Positions 24,520 to 35,567 of a stretch of 64,000 bases of DNA are shown piece after piece; position 1 is the first letter of the stretch, and every line of letters begins with the position of its first letter. The stretch comes from Amphiscolops sp. MND2022 (taxonomy: Eukaryota): contig OZ076415.1 of the NCBI GenBank assembly GCA_964187785.1, forward strand, positions 20,584,001 to 20,648,000, in the 5' to 3' direction. A program made the position numbers and the translations under genes. The notes under the pieces are model-generated. The model was not told the DNA's origin. It did no database searches and saw only the letters and a program-made list of their open reading frames with translations.

Positions 24520-25839
24520 ATTTTTGGAGATACATTTTGACTGACGACCCAAATGAGGTAAATTTTTGATGATATCAGAGTTGATGTTAATTTGATGATT
24601 AATAGATTCTCTTGTTGAAGTGTAAGCATTTTTCATGTTAATTGAATTTTGTGTTTTCTAATATTTCTCATTTCTTCAAAAGTGAAGTTAGTAATGCTCC
24701 TTTATGATGACATTATAAAGCCAGATTAGGTTTCAACTGTCGGAGGAATTAAGGTTCAAGATGATAATTTATGGGAATTGTTCTAAGTATGAAACAAAAT
24801 GAAAAACGTGTTGTATGACTTTCGTGAAAGCCATCCGGTAGACCAGTAGTGACGTGTCGCTTCGCTCCTGCGTTTTGAGCGCTAGAGGCTTATGATCGTG
24901 GCTGATAATTGCTTTTTAGGACCAAAAAGTTTTTGCCCACGAATTTTTTTGAACGAAGGTATTATTTTAGCCCTCGCCTTCGTTTGATGAAAAATATTAC
25001 ATTTAGTAACCGAATGCAACGCTTAAATTGGATCAATGATCTATGCTATTTAGTTTTAACAAGATATAACATATTTAAGGCTGATTATGCCTCCCATATA
25101 AGATTGAATTTCTGGACAAAATCAGTTCGTTGGCCAAATGAATTTTCTATTTTTGATCAGTTTTTTTGGGACACTATCTCGGAAAATGTGCTCCTAAGTT
25201 CAGCCTTGGGTCTGTACTTTATCTCAGGTGCTTTCGTTGAACAAAGTTAACCCTAAATAGCCTAGTGGTTTTTTAAAGCAGCCTTTTCTCAACTTATCCA
25301 TTTTGCCGGTAACCCATATTCACCCATATTCTTTGGCACATTTTTATTCAACAATTTGTTGGTGTTGGTCTAATAAACCGTGTTTGGTCTGAACGGCACA
25401 AGCAATAGCAAAAGTGAATTTTTCTCCAAAGCTGAGAAAAATGGATTTTTCTTGCAAAAAATGGTTATACTTTTCCAAAATTCCCTTTGTAACATAAACC
25501 TATAATGTAAGGCAACCATATACCCTTCAACAACAAGACCTTATGCTACCTCTACACAGAGTGCGGAAATGCCACGTAGAGGCCGTACGGGAAAAAGAAT
25601 TCCAAAGACTGGGGCGCACGGCGACAAGGGCTCACCTAGCCAAAATGAAAAACAAGTTCATTTCTTTTGTACGCGTTGTTGTGGAGCATAAATGACTGAA
25701 TTTTTTAATGGGATTTTTAGTCAATTAGGGTTAAATCGAAACAAAATTCCCTCAACAAAGGAAAATTTTCTCTTCGTTTTTAGTAATAGAATATTGCAGA
25801 TGTTCTGGCCAAGACCGCTAATCAATAATTTCAGTAACT

Positions 25840-26982
25840 ATGAAAGAGAAACGAGGCCGTGTGATGTTGAAACTGCTTTTGGGTGGCACAGTTGCATTCT
25901 CGGGAATTTGTCTCTACAAGGGCAATCATCGGTTCTATTCTGACGTTGTCATGCCTGCAGCTAGATTCTTGGACGCAGAAACAGCACATTGCTGGGCCAT
26001 CAAACTGGCTTCTTACGGAATTCTTCCTCGCCTTCCAAAAATGGAGAAAAGTGACTCATTGAAATGCAAAGTTCTTGGAATTGATTTTGATTCTCCGATA
26101 GGATTGGCTGCTGGTTTTGACAAAGACGCCGAGTGTTTTGATTCGCTGATGAAATTGGGGTTCGGTTTTGTAGAAGTTGGAACCATAACCCCGAACCCAC
26201 AGCCAGGTAACCCCAAACCGAGAGTTTTTCGGCTTCTTGAAGACGACGCTCTAATAAATCGGTACGGCTTCAATAGCTGTGGGATCGAGTATGTTAAGCA
26301 AAATTTGTCAAGTCGAAAGCCTGGAAATGTTATCGGTGTTAACTTGGGAGTCAACAAAAACAGTCCGAATGCCTTGTCCGATTATGAGCGAGGAATATCT
26401 GAACTGGGACCATTTGCAACGTACATTGTTATTAACGTTTCGAGCCCGAATACACCTGGACTCAGAAACTTGCAGAGCAAAAAATATTTCGACACGTTAC
26501 TTAAGAAAGTAGTTTCTGAGAGGAATAAGTTGAAGAATCATCCTCCGCTATTAGTTAAAATAGCTCCTGATTTGACCAATCAAGATGTCGAAGAAATATG
26601 TTCTACCTCAGTTTCTAACAAAATCGATGGCCTTATAGTCACCAATACAACAATATCACGGGAGAGTTTGAAATCTTCATCGCAAGATGAAGTCGGCGGT
26701 CTTAGCGGTAAACCGTTGCAGAAGAAGTCAAACGAAATGATACAGAAAGTGTACAAACTAACAAAAGGCAAAGTACCGATTATAGGAGTTGGTGGGGTTT
26801 TCACAGCCCATGATGTGGTTGAGAAATTAAAGTGTGGGGCTAGTTTGGTTCAGCTGTACACTGGATTTGTCTACCAGGGTCCCACTTGTATCAATGAACT
26901 GAATTCGAATTTGACCCAAATCTTGGAAGAAGAAAGAGTTGAAAATGTGTCAGAATTAATTGGGCGAAACTGTAAAAAGTAA
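25840..26982 (+). CDS. DHODH: Dihydroorotate dehydrogenase (quinone), mitochondrial, class 2; single coding exon
   Basis: Intact 380-aa ORF with an N-terminal basic plus hydrophobic anchor. Motifs GLAAGFDK, FVEVGTITP.PQ.GNPKPRVFRL, INRYGFNS, NVSSPNTPGLR (catalytic Ser), VKIAPDL, TNTT, GGLSG, IIGVGG and GASLVQLYT. Confidence 0.97.
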   Translation: MKEKRGRVMLKLLLGGTVAFSGICLYKGNHRFYSDVVMPAARFLDAETAHCWAIKLASYGILPRLPKMEKSDSLKCKVLGIDFDSPIGLAAGFDKDAECFDSLMKLGFGFVEVGTITPNPQPGNPKPRVFRLLEDDALINRYGFNSCGIEYVKQNLSSRKPGNVIGVNLGVNKNSPNALSDYERGISELGPFATYIVINVSSPNTPGLRNLQSKKYFDTLLKKVVSERNKLKNHPPLLVKIAPDLTNQDVEEICSTSVSNKIDGLIVTNTTISRESLKSSSQDEVGGLSGKPLQKKSNEMIQKVYKLTKGKVPIIGVGGVFTAHDVVEKLKCGASLVQLYTGFVYQGPTCINELNSNLTQILEEERVENVSELIGRNCKK

Positions 26983-28147
26983 TTGACAGCTCAATTTTTT
27001 CATTGATTGGTGTTTTGCTTTCATAGTTTTCCTCTATTTTTCTTCTAAATTTTATTCTTGATACTCGTTCTGATTTTTATTGCGATTTCGAAAGAAGATG
27101 AAAGGGTCTATCTTAGAAAACTAAGTCAACTTTCCAATATTTCTATGTGAGATAACTTGCAACTGTGGCAAGGTAGATATTATTGTCAGCAAGTGGGCAT
27201 TGACTATATAATTGTTTTACTAGGAGCTTTCTGTGACTAATTTCGAAGGAGTTATGCCAGAGTTCATTATCATTTGATACTCTCCTTATTCAAGTCAAAA
27301 TGTACTCTCTTTTATTCAAGTAACGAAGATTAGAGGTTAAAAATTTGTAGTATTTCAGCGATACTTTATGCGTTGGTTTTTCTAAAATTCAAAGTTTACT
27401 TGAATCATATTTAAACTAAATTTTAGTCCGTAAAATCATTCGACAACAGGTTCTCGACAGAAAAATTTCATCTTAAAATGTTCTTTGTGTGTATTACATC
27501 TCTGCCGTTTTATAATAACCACTGTCCAGCTCCGGGGAATTTCAGGGAATAAACTTGGCATTCTAAATTTTTCTTGTACCTTTGCAAGAACTATCTGCTC
27601 GTTGAAAAACGTGTTCGACTACTTGTACCTACTGTTTTTTAGTCAGTTCTACTACTTCGAGAAAACGTACCTAATCTTTGAGATATCACTGGTAGTATCC
27701 CGTTTCCTCGGCTTTAGCTTCGAATCAGTATTTTTATAGATTAAACTGAAAACGACGTTGTTATCTTGGCGATTAACCATAGTTGCCGAATTATGCGAGG
27801 CGTATGTCTCAAAGTGCCGAAAAAGTTTAAATATATATCAAAGCTTTTCGGCATTTTCGTCCTGACTGAATTCATTATTCAAAAATGAGCAGCAATCTTT
27901 AGAAAAAAATTTCGAAATTTTGAAATGTTTGATTTTTTCATTTTCTCAAGTATGAAATTTTCTTGCCGCTGAGAATTGTGATATTTACGATAAGATATTG
28001 AATTATTCACGTCGTGAAGTCTGAAACTGTAGATGGACTATCGTTGAGTAGTAGCTGGAAAGTCGTTTGAGAAAGAAAATGAAGTTTCATATGAACATCG
28101 TCCACTTCAGATAGTTTATCTTGTGGGTTCTCACTATTAACACGAGG

Positions 28148-30370
28148 ATGAATAAAAAATCGAAGAGCTCGCGGAATCGAAACGTTTTGAAAATTCCTCA
28201 GAATATCTTGACATGGGAAGATGCGGAAAAGTATTTCGCCAATGTTAAAGGAAATGTCGTTAGCACACCTGAAAAACTGGAGGAACATCTTTTGCAGTTG
28301 AACCAAAAGCCCTCAACTGAAAATGAAGCAATTTCATTGGCTGCTCTGAACAAGTTCGTTGGAATATCGCATCTCAAGGAAGACAATCCCGCGAAAGCCA
28401 AGGATTTTTTCGATAGATGTATTCACCATTACAAAAACATGAAACATGCAATCTGCGATGACAAAAAGTTAGAAGCCGATTTAAAAATGGAGGCTGATAT
28501 TTACTCAAACTTCGCCATGGTTCGGAATTATGATCAACTGAGCAAAGCCGTGCAATTTCTCTGTGAAACATTGAAACAAAAATTGAAGCCGTCAAATTAT
28601 GCCTTGATTTGCTTAACTGTGGTTGAAATACAAAGTTATCATGATGTAGAAATGATTGAGAAATTTGACGTCGGTGAAAATTTTCGACTCAATGTTGTCG
28701 CGGACAGAAAAGATTATAAAAAAGTGTTAGAATTGGAACCTTTGTATCGGGAATTCCTCGCTATTAAACAAATTCGTCACGATTGCAAAGTTGTATATCA
28801 CTCTTCTTTGATCGAAAGTGATTATTTTGGAAACGTATGTGGACAGTTCTCGTTGAAAAAAGAAGAACGCCTTAACGTCGCAAAGTTTTTACTCAGACAT
28901 CAATCGGTAATTGGCAATCCTCAATATTCCGAGCTCTTCTATAAATGTGAGTTATTAGTAGAGAAAACATATGCCGCGAAAGGTATCTTTGATAGCTGTT
29001 CTGTTGCTAATAATCTCTTTCAAATTGGATGCCGGTCGCCAGAAGATAAGCAAGCCGAATATTATGCATCTTGTTTGAAAATTCGCCGAGCTAAACTGGG
29101 TGAAAGTCATGCGCAAACAGCAATAGCCAAGTTTCATGTGGCGGGCACAGAAGACGCCAATGATGAAAGTTTCAAGGCGATGGAAGAATCCCTAAATTGT
29201 TTAGAGCGTCACAGTTATGGAGATCTTCTTCAATATTATCATATTGTTCTTGTCTACGTTATACGACTGCAGCTCTTTTTCAAAACAAAAACTGCCTTGG
29301 ATTGTTTACAAAAATATTTAAAAAATATTCAAGATAACAAAAGTCCACTTTTTCGCGACCCAGCTAGAATCCGTATATTTTCTTCTTACGGTATTATGTT
29401 ACTTCGGGAGTTGGGAAAATGGCAGCTTGCCCTTGATTGGTTTCAATGGTATGACGTCTTGAAAGTTGAGTCTCTAGAATTGATGACTCGGTTCATGGCT
29501 GCGAGTTCAGCCGCGTATTGTTATTTCAAGGTTGGTGATTACCCTTCTGCTAAAAAACTGTTCAAATATACTAACGAAAACTGTAGTGAAATTGAGAATA
29601 GCAGTGCTGAGAACCAGATGTATTGGTTGCATTTTAAATTCTGTGAATGTGAATTTTTGCTCCATGCGGAACCTCATGAAGCAGAAAGAATGTTTCGAAT
29701 TATGTGTACAGTTTGCCCCATCGATTTCGAAATGTTATATCCGAACATCAAAGTTCATCTTGCATTTATTTATGAAACAGTCGGTCGATCGTTAACCAAA
29801 GCTGAACAGTATTATCATCAAGGTTTAGAAGATTGGAAGCAAAACCACGTACACAGCTATCCAAGACATTGTGACTGTTTACTCGGGTTATCACGCGTTT
29901 ACCTGAAACAGGGCAAAATTAAGGATTGTGAAAAATATGCATGGAAGTTTATTGACCTCTCGAGCCGTTTGTTTGAACCACCTGACCAACACTTTGAACC
30001 CGCTATTGAAATATTCCAACAGCTGATGGAATATCGTAAAGATATCACGAAAATGGAAAAGTTCTTTGTCTCATACAAGGAGAATTTTTCTCGTGTAGGC
30101 TTAACCGACGATTCAAGTTTTGTTGCTTTATTTAGTCACAACTTTGCAAAGATGTTATACGATAATGCCCACTTTGGAAGCACTGATTTCAAAAAGTGTG
30201 CTAAAATTTTTGGGAAATCTTTTCGAGTGCTGGTGAAAGTATTGGGCGCAAAAAACAAGAAAACTGCTGAGAGTCAACGAATGCTTGGACTTTGCAACAT
30301 GAGGCTCGGGAATGTTGGCATTGCTGAATGGCACCTGCTGAATTCCGCCATTACTTTGCTTCCAAGTTAA
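28148..30370 (+). CDS. TPR-like helical repeat protein, family paralog 1 (~740 aa, intronless)
   Basis: Intact ORF; the first ATG is at 28148 (the ORF track starts at TTG 28121). Kinesin-light-chain/nephrocystin-3-type TPR motifs (CLKIRRAKLGESHAQTA; VLGAKNKKTAESQRMLG). Shares N- and C-terminal motifs with the paralogs at 39769 and 56164. Confidence 0.85.
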   Translation: MNKKSKSSRNRNVLKIPQNILTWEDAEKYFANVKGNVVSTPEKLEEHLLQLNQKPSTENEAISLAALNKFVGISHLKEDNPAKAKDFFDRCIHHYKNMKHAICDDKKLEADLKMEADIYSNFAMVRNYDQLSKAVQFLCETLKQKLKPSNYALICLTVVEIQSYHDVEMIEKFDVGENFRLNVVADRKDYKKVLELEPLYREFLAIKQIRHDCKVVYHSSLIESDYFGNVCGQFSLKKEERLNVAKFLLRHQSVIGNPQYSELFYKCELLVEKTYAAKGIFDSCSVANNLFQIGCRSPEDKQAEYYASCLKIRRAKLGESHAQTAIAKFHVAGTEDANDESFKAMEESLNCLERHSYGDLLQYYHIVLVYVIRLQLFFKTKTALDCLQKYLKNIQDNKSPLFRDPARIRIFSSYGIMLLRELGKWQLALDWFQWYDVLKVESLELMTRFMAASSAAYCYFKVGDYPSAKKLFKYTNENCSEIENSSAENQMYWLHFKFCECEFLLHAEPHEAERMFRIMCTVCPIDFEMLYPNIKVHLAFIYETVGRSLTKAEQYYHQGLEDWKQNHVHSYPRHCDCLLGLSRVYLKQGKIKDCEKYAWKFIDLSSRLFEPPDQHFEPAIEIFQQLMEYRKDITKMEKFFVSYKENFSRVGLTDDSSFVALFSHNFAKMLYDNAHFGSTDFKKCAKIFGKSFRVLVKVLGAKNKKTAESQRMLGLCNMRLGNVGIAEWHLLNSAITLLPS

Positions 30371-30580
30371 TTTAGTTGTTTTGAACGGTTTCCTTAAAAC
30401 ACTGGAACAATTAAGTACCTGGGAAGTTAGGTTTATTTGAACGCACATATCGAAATTATTCGTCTGTTCGAAATCTCTGGGACATTCTGTTGTGAATATT
30501 CCTTGGCTTCACTGCTTAAAAAGTGGCGAAAATCAACAAAGCAAACTTTTTGTATCTTTTATTCAAATCATCTATTTTTC

Positions 30581-30750
30581 TGTTGACTTCTTATGCAAGC
30601 TTAGTATGACGTTATTATGTAATCTTGTTCAGCTTGATTAGTTTTTTTGTATGATGTGACTAATACAGCTGCCTCTTGAAAAACTTTGTCACAGCTGCGA
30701 TTTTCATTTAGGTTTAGACAATTCTTTAGGGAAATTCTAAGAAACATAAA
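30581..30750 (+). repeat. 5' LTR (170 bp)
   Basis: Direct repeat of 35393-35567, differing only by a TCT insertion, two extra T and one substitution. Starts with TGTT. Confidence 0.92.
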
Positions 30751-30751
30751 T

Positions 30752-30769
30752 TGGTGACCCCGACGTGAT
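30752..30769 (+). promoter_or_regulatory. Primer binding site, tRNA-Trp
   Basis: TGGTGACCCCGACGTGAT is complementary to the 3' end of eukaryotic tRNA-Trp (ATCACGTCGGGGTCA-CCA) and lies 1 nt after the LTR. Confidence 0.9.
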
Positions 30770-31023
30770 TCAAAAAGCCACCCGAAAAAAAGAGAAAAAC
30801 TTTCAACAAATTTTATATCATTGTCCCGTAAACCTCTTTCGTTTTCTCCTTCCAGTAAAAAAAAGTGTATGAAAAAGAACAAAAAAAAGAAGGAGAGCTC
30901 AATAAAGAAAACGAGACAGTAACGAAACCCGAATATCATTACCAGAACATTGTATATAAAAAACCAGAATTTTCGCCAGAAACAATATTCATAACCCCAT
31001 AACCAAATATCCATACCACCAGA

Positions 31024-31922
31024 ATGCAGAACACCATCGAAATTGGATCCGGAGACAACACTACAACTTCAACATCATCTCACCCAGAACCACAACACGC
31101 ACCTGTCAACAGAGTCACCATGAAGCCGCCTCCATTCTATTGCACGAACCCGACTGTTTGGTTTCGACAAATGGAATCCCAGTTCGTCTTAGCTGGAATT
31201 ACCAACGACACCACCAAATATCACCACATCCTCGCAGCAATTCCAGAAGACGTCGCAATCAACCTGCCAATGGAAATTGAAGACTACAGCAGCCTCAAAG
31301 ATAGCATCACTCAAGCCTACCAGAAGTCAAAAACGGAACTCATCGAAGAAGCATTGGGAACAATTTCACTGGATGGACAAAAGCCCTCAGTTTGCCTCTT
31401 GCGCATCCAGCGCAAGCTTTCAGAATGTCATCTGACAATGGACAACGATGTAATCAAACAGCGCAAGCTTTCAGAATCATCCAGCGCAAGCTTTCAGAAT
31501 GTCATCTGACAATGGACAACGATGTAATCAAACACCGCCTTATGCAAGCCATGCCAATGTCAACGCGTTCCTCACTTTCCGCACATTTGGACCTGCCACC
31601 CGACAAATTCGCCGAACTAGCCGACACCATATACAGCTACTCGAAAGACACATTTCAGGACAACACACACGTTTACGCTACACAGCAATCCTCGTCATCG
31701 TCGTATGCACGCCAGCCGCAGCCAAATCAAAGAAACAGATCAACCGACAACAGTTTCCAGCCGTTCTCACCCGGACAACGACCGAAAATTTGCCGCTTTC
31801 ACTTGTTTTTCGCTAATTCCGCCAAACGTTGTAAGCCCTGGTGTAAGTGGCCTGGACCAAAGCCCACACACATCGAACCGTCATCTCGCGCACAATCACC
31901 CGCCACACAGGGAAACGAATAG
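31024..31922 (+). pseudogene. Gypsy gag, broken by a 74-bp internal duplication
   Basis: MKPPPFYCTNPTVWFRQMESQF...TKYHHIL is a CsRN1-type gag N-terminus, and there is a C-terminal CRFH..F...AKRC..WC knuckle. The insertion at 31408-31481 shifts the frame. Confidence 0.85.
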
Positions 31923-31977
31923 CCCCACTCGTGTGCGCGGCAACGATTGGGGATCCTATTTGCATCCGCCTTGCCGC
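31910..31977 (+). promoter_or_regulatory. -1 programmed ribosomal frameshift signal (slippery heptamer plus pseudoknot)
   Basis: G GGA AAC at 31910-31916 sits in gag phase, and a -1 shift enters the pol frame. After a 6-nt spacer, stem 1 is CCCCA(31923-27)/TGGGG(31948-52) and stem 2 is GCGGCAA(31937-43)/TTGCCGC(31971-77). Confidence 0.75.
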
Positions 31978-34900
31978 CCAAATCAACTCACAGAAGACTA
32001 CTTTCATCGCCGACACTGGATCTATGGTATCAATCATCAAATCAACGCTCGTCAACACCGGTTACGCCACGCCGACAACAACGAATCTCAAAACAGTAAA
32101 CGGAGACCGTATCAACGTTCACGGTAAAATGACGCTCACAATCGTCATACCCTCCCTCCGACGCAACTACAATTTCACCTTCTACATCGCCGACGTCAAC
32201 GACAACATTCTAGGACTGGATTTCCTCAAAGACAAAGACATAAATATCAACTGCCGCAACTTAACAGTAACCGACAACGTCACAAACTTCACTTCAACAC
32301 GCAACAATTCACCCGCACCGCCAAGTCACAGCCCTGTTCTAGCCGTTTCTCTGGACCTGTCTCAAATAACCGACACAGCTCTCAGAGAGATAATGGAACA
32401 GCACTCATCTATTTTCGGAGACGCCGACTTCAACACGCCATGTACGCACAACACCACTCATCGCATCGCCGTTTCGTCACAACCTAATTTTTGTACGCCT
32501 AGGAAGCTTTGCCCTGAAAAACTAACTATCGCCAAATCTTCTTTCGACGAAATGCAACGCTTAGGAATCATCCGACCATCGAAAAGCCCATACGCATCGC
32601 CTCTGCATATGGTACCGAAAAAAGACCCCGGAGACTGGAGACCGTGTGGAGACTACCGCGCCCTCAACCAAATCACCGTTCGCGATTCGTACCCACTGCC
32701 ACAGCCTTCATCATTCGCACTTCACGACAAACATGTCTTCAGCAAACTCGACTTAGTCAAAGCTTATCACCAAATACCCATGCACCCCGACGACATTGAG
32801 AAGACAGCCATTACGACTCCATTTGGACTCTTTGAGTTTCTTCGCATGTCTTTCGGACTCAAGAACGCCGGTAAAACTTTCCAACGATTCATCAACGAAG
32901 TCACCAACGGATTGCCAGATGTGTTCGCCTACGCCGATGATATACTCGTCGCCAGCAACAATTTGGTTGATCACATCAACGCACTAACAGAACTCTTCAC
33001 CCGCCTCGAGAAGTTTGGACTACGCGTTAACTTCAAAAAATGCCAATGGATACAACACCAAATCGACTTTTTAGGATACACCATAACATCGGAAGGAATC
33101 AAACCACAGACAGCAAGGATAAAGACGCTCGCAGAACTACCAGAACCAACAGATTACAAAGAACTTCGACGTTATATGGGAATGTTCTCATTTTATCGAC
33201 AACATATCCCACACTACGCACATATAGTTGAACCACTACAACAACTTCTCAACGCAACCCAGCCGAAACAATCCTACCACAGGAAGAATTGCCAACAACA
33301 ATCAGCACCAACACCTTTCATCATGTTAGAAGATCACCGCAAAGCCTTCTCTTTGAAGACCGCACTCGCTAATGCAACACTTCTTCATCACCTCACAGAA
33401 AACTCAACACTCTCTTACTACAGATGCTTCCGATTCAGCCATGGGAGCCGCCTTACACGAGATAACAGACAACAGCAGCCGCCCTATTGCATTTTTCTCT
33501 CGCCGACTCACTCCCGCCGAAAGAAATTACAGCACATTTGATAAGGAACTACTCGCTATCTTCGCAGCAACACTAAAGTTCAAACATCTGATTGAAGGAC
33601 GCCATACCGTTGTTTTCACAGACCATAAACCAATCACCAGTTCGTTCCAACGAAGCCAAAACAACACCAACAACCCTCGACAGTCTCGACAATTTTCTCT
33701 ACTAGCAGAATACATCGACGAAATCCAACATATCTCAGGATCAACAAATGTTGTAGCCGACTGCCTTTCTCGACCACCAACCGACGACACATCATTAACC
33801 GTAGCATCAACATCAACAGTTTCCATCGACACCTATGATCTACCAAGAATTGCCAGCCTTCAAGACACTTCATTTCAACAACAGATGTCAGAACAATACC
33901 AACATGGAACACAGATGGTCAACATCTGAACCACGACTCTCACCTGTGATAAAAGCATTCCTCCGCGCCCTATTCTGCCCGAACAATGCCGTTATCCAAT
34001 CTTCACCCAATTCCACAACCTTTGCCACAGCAACTGGAAATCAACGTCACGTATGATCCTCGCCCGCTTCACGTGGCCCAATGCTCAACGCACTATCAAA
34101 GAATGGTGCCACAACTGCCTCACTTGCCAACAGATGAAAATCACTCGCCATATACATCCTCCAACACGCCAACTTAATGAAGCCGTCGCCCGTTTTACCC
34201 ACGTTCACATGGATATCGTTGGACCACTACCTGCAATCAACAATTCGCCATTCCGATACCTTGTTACCTTCATCGACCGCAGCACCAATTGGATTGAAGC
34301 CCACCCAGTACATTCCACCAGTACAGCCGAAGAAGTTTGCCACGCTTTCTCACGTCCTGGTTTTCTCGCTTCGGAGTACCATTGTACATCACGACTGACC
34401 GTGGAACCCAATTTGAAAGTCAATTATTCGCACAACTTTCCCAAACTCTAGGATTTTGCAGACTCCGTACAACTTCATATCATCCACAGAGCAATGGAAA
34501 AGTTGAACGTTTTCATCGAACCCTCAAAGCAGCTTTAATGTCAGCAAAGACCGACTGGATAGCAGCACTACCCGTAGTTCTTTTCGGATTGAGGTCATAA
34601 CCGGACATCAATCTCATTTCCCCGTTAGCAGCCACAACAGGACTAGATGTACTTTACCCGACAACAGTTGCAGAAAAGACAGCACCCATCACTCTCGCCT
34701 TCATCAAAAACCTTCAGGACAACCTCGAACAGCTAGCTTTCACAAAAGATATCAGACAACATTCAACACGAAAGACCTTCATCCCAGATGCACTCGACAA
34801 CTGCAATATTGTATGGTTGCGCGTCGACCGAGTAAAGCAACCTTTGGAAGCACCCTACACTGGACCTCACGAACTCATCAAAATCAACAGAGACTCATCT

Positions 34901-35254
34901 ACAGCAACAATCAAGAAAAACAACGACCATATCATCGTCAGCATTCAACGCCTCAAACCATGCACATTATCATTTGATCGCGAAAAGAAAAAACATCATC
35001 ACCTACAGTCATCCACAGTACCCACCGAAGTTTATTGCTATTGCCAACAACCGTACAACAGGGAAATGATCAAATGTTGCAACAACAACTGCAAAATTGC
35101 ATGGTATCATTATGATTGTGTATCACTCAGAAAACATCCACGAACATGGTTTTGTCCAAGCTGCAGAACTTCGACAACTAAAAGAGTAACGATTGTGGAA
35201 CCCGCAGATGCAGAACCGAATGACACCAGATGCCGACGACACAAAAAACCTTAA
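31910..35254 (+). pseudogene. Gypsy pol (PR-RT-RNaseH-IN-GPY/F-PHD) with frameshifts and a stop
   Basis: PR motif FIADTGS; RT motifs [25 protein letters not shown] and YADD; RNase H TDASD; IN HHCC, HMDIVGP, TDRGTQF and SNGKVERFH; APYTGPH; C-terminal C4HC3 finger at 35033-35164. Confidence 0.92.
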
Positions 35255-35377
35255 ACATTTTTAACTTTCATTCTTTTAAAAACTTTTTTTTGTTAAAATT
35301 TCTTTGTACCTATAAAAATCGCAGTTGTAAGCTAGTGTAAACTGATGATCACCAGCCTTACATGTGGACTCCGTCTT

Positions 35378-35389
35378 GGAGGAAGGAAG
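35378..35389 (+). promoter_or_regulatory. Polypurine tract
   Basis: GGAGGAAGGAAG lies just upstream of the 3' LTR. Confidence 0.8.
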
Positions 35390-35392
35390 CCG

Positions 35393-35567
35393 TGTTGACT
35401 TCTTCTTATGCAAGCTTAGTATGACGTTATTATGTAATCTTGTTCAGCTTGATTAGTTTTTTTTTGTATGATGTGACTAATACAGCTGCCTCTTGAAAAA
35501 CTTTGTCACAGCTGCGATTTTCATTTAGGTTTAGACAATTCTTTAGGGAAATTCTAAGAAACCTAAA
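35393..35567 (+). repeat. 3' LTR (175 bp)
   Basis: Copy of 30581-30750, followed by TTTC, which matches the 5' flank. Confidence 0.92.

Larger units (their letters stand above)
30581..35567 (+). mobile_element. Full-length Ty3/Gypsy LTR retrotransposon (CsRN1/Kabuki-like), coding region decayed
   Basis: LTRs at 30581-30750 and 35393-35567 with TTTC on both flanks. Contains a PBS, a PPT, gag, and pol in PR-RT-RH-IN order. Confidence 0.95.

Noticed and set aside
19941-26804. Numerous antisense and alternative-frame ORFs over EDC4 and DHODH exons
   Set aside because: These are shadow ORFs of real coding sequence with no independent motifs.
25840-26982. Bacterial horizontal transfer of DHODH
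   Set aside because: The N-terminal basic and hydrophobic mitochondrial anchor is of eukaryotic class 2 type, and composition matches the neighbours.
30601-31014. Hydrophobic 137-aa minus-strand ORF
   Set aside because: It is the antisense of the A-rich Gypsy leader and LTR; the Phe richness reflects poly-T.
32929-32940. YADD instead of YIDD/YVDD in the Gypsy RT, suggesting a LINE-like RT
   Set aside because: All other motifs and the domain order are Gypsy. One substitution in a decayed copy explains it.
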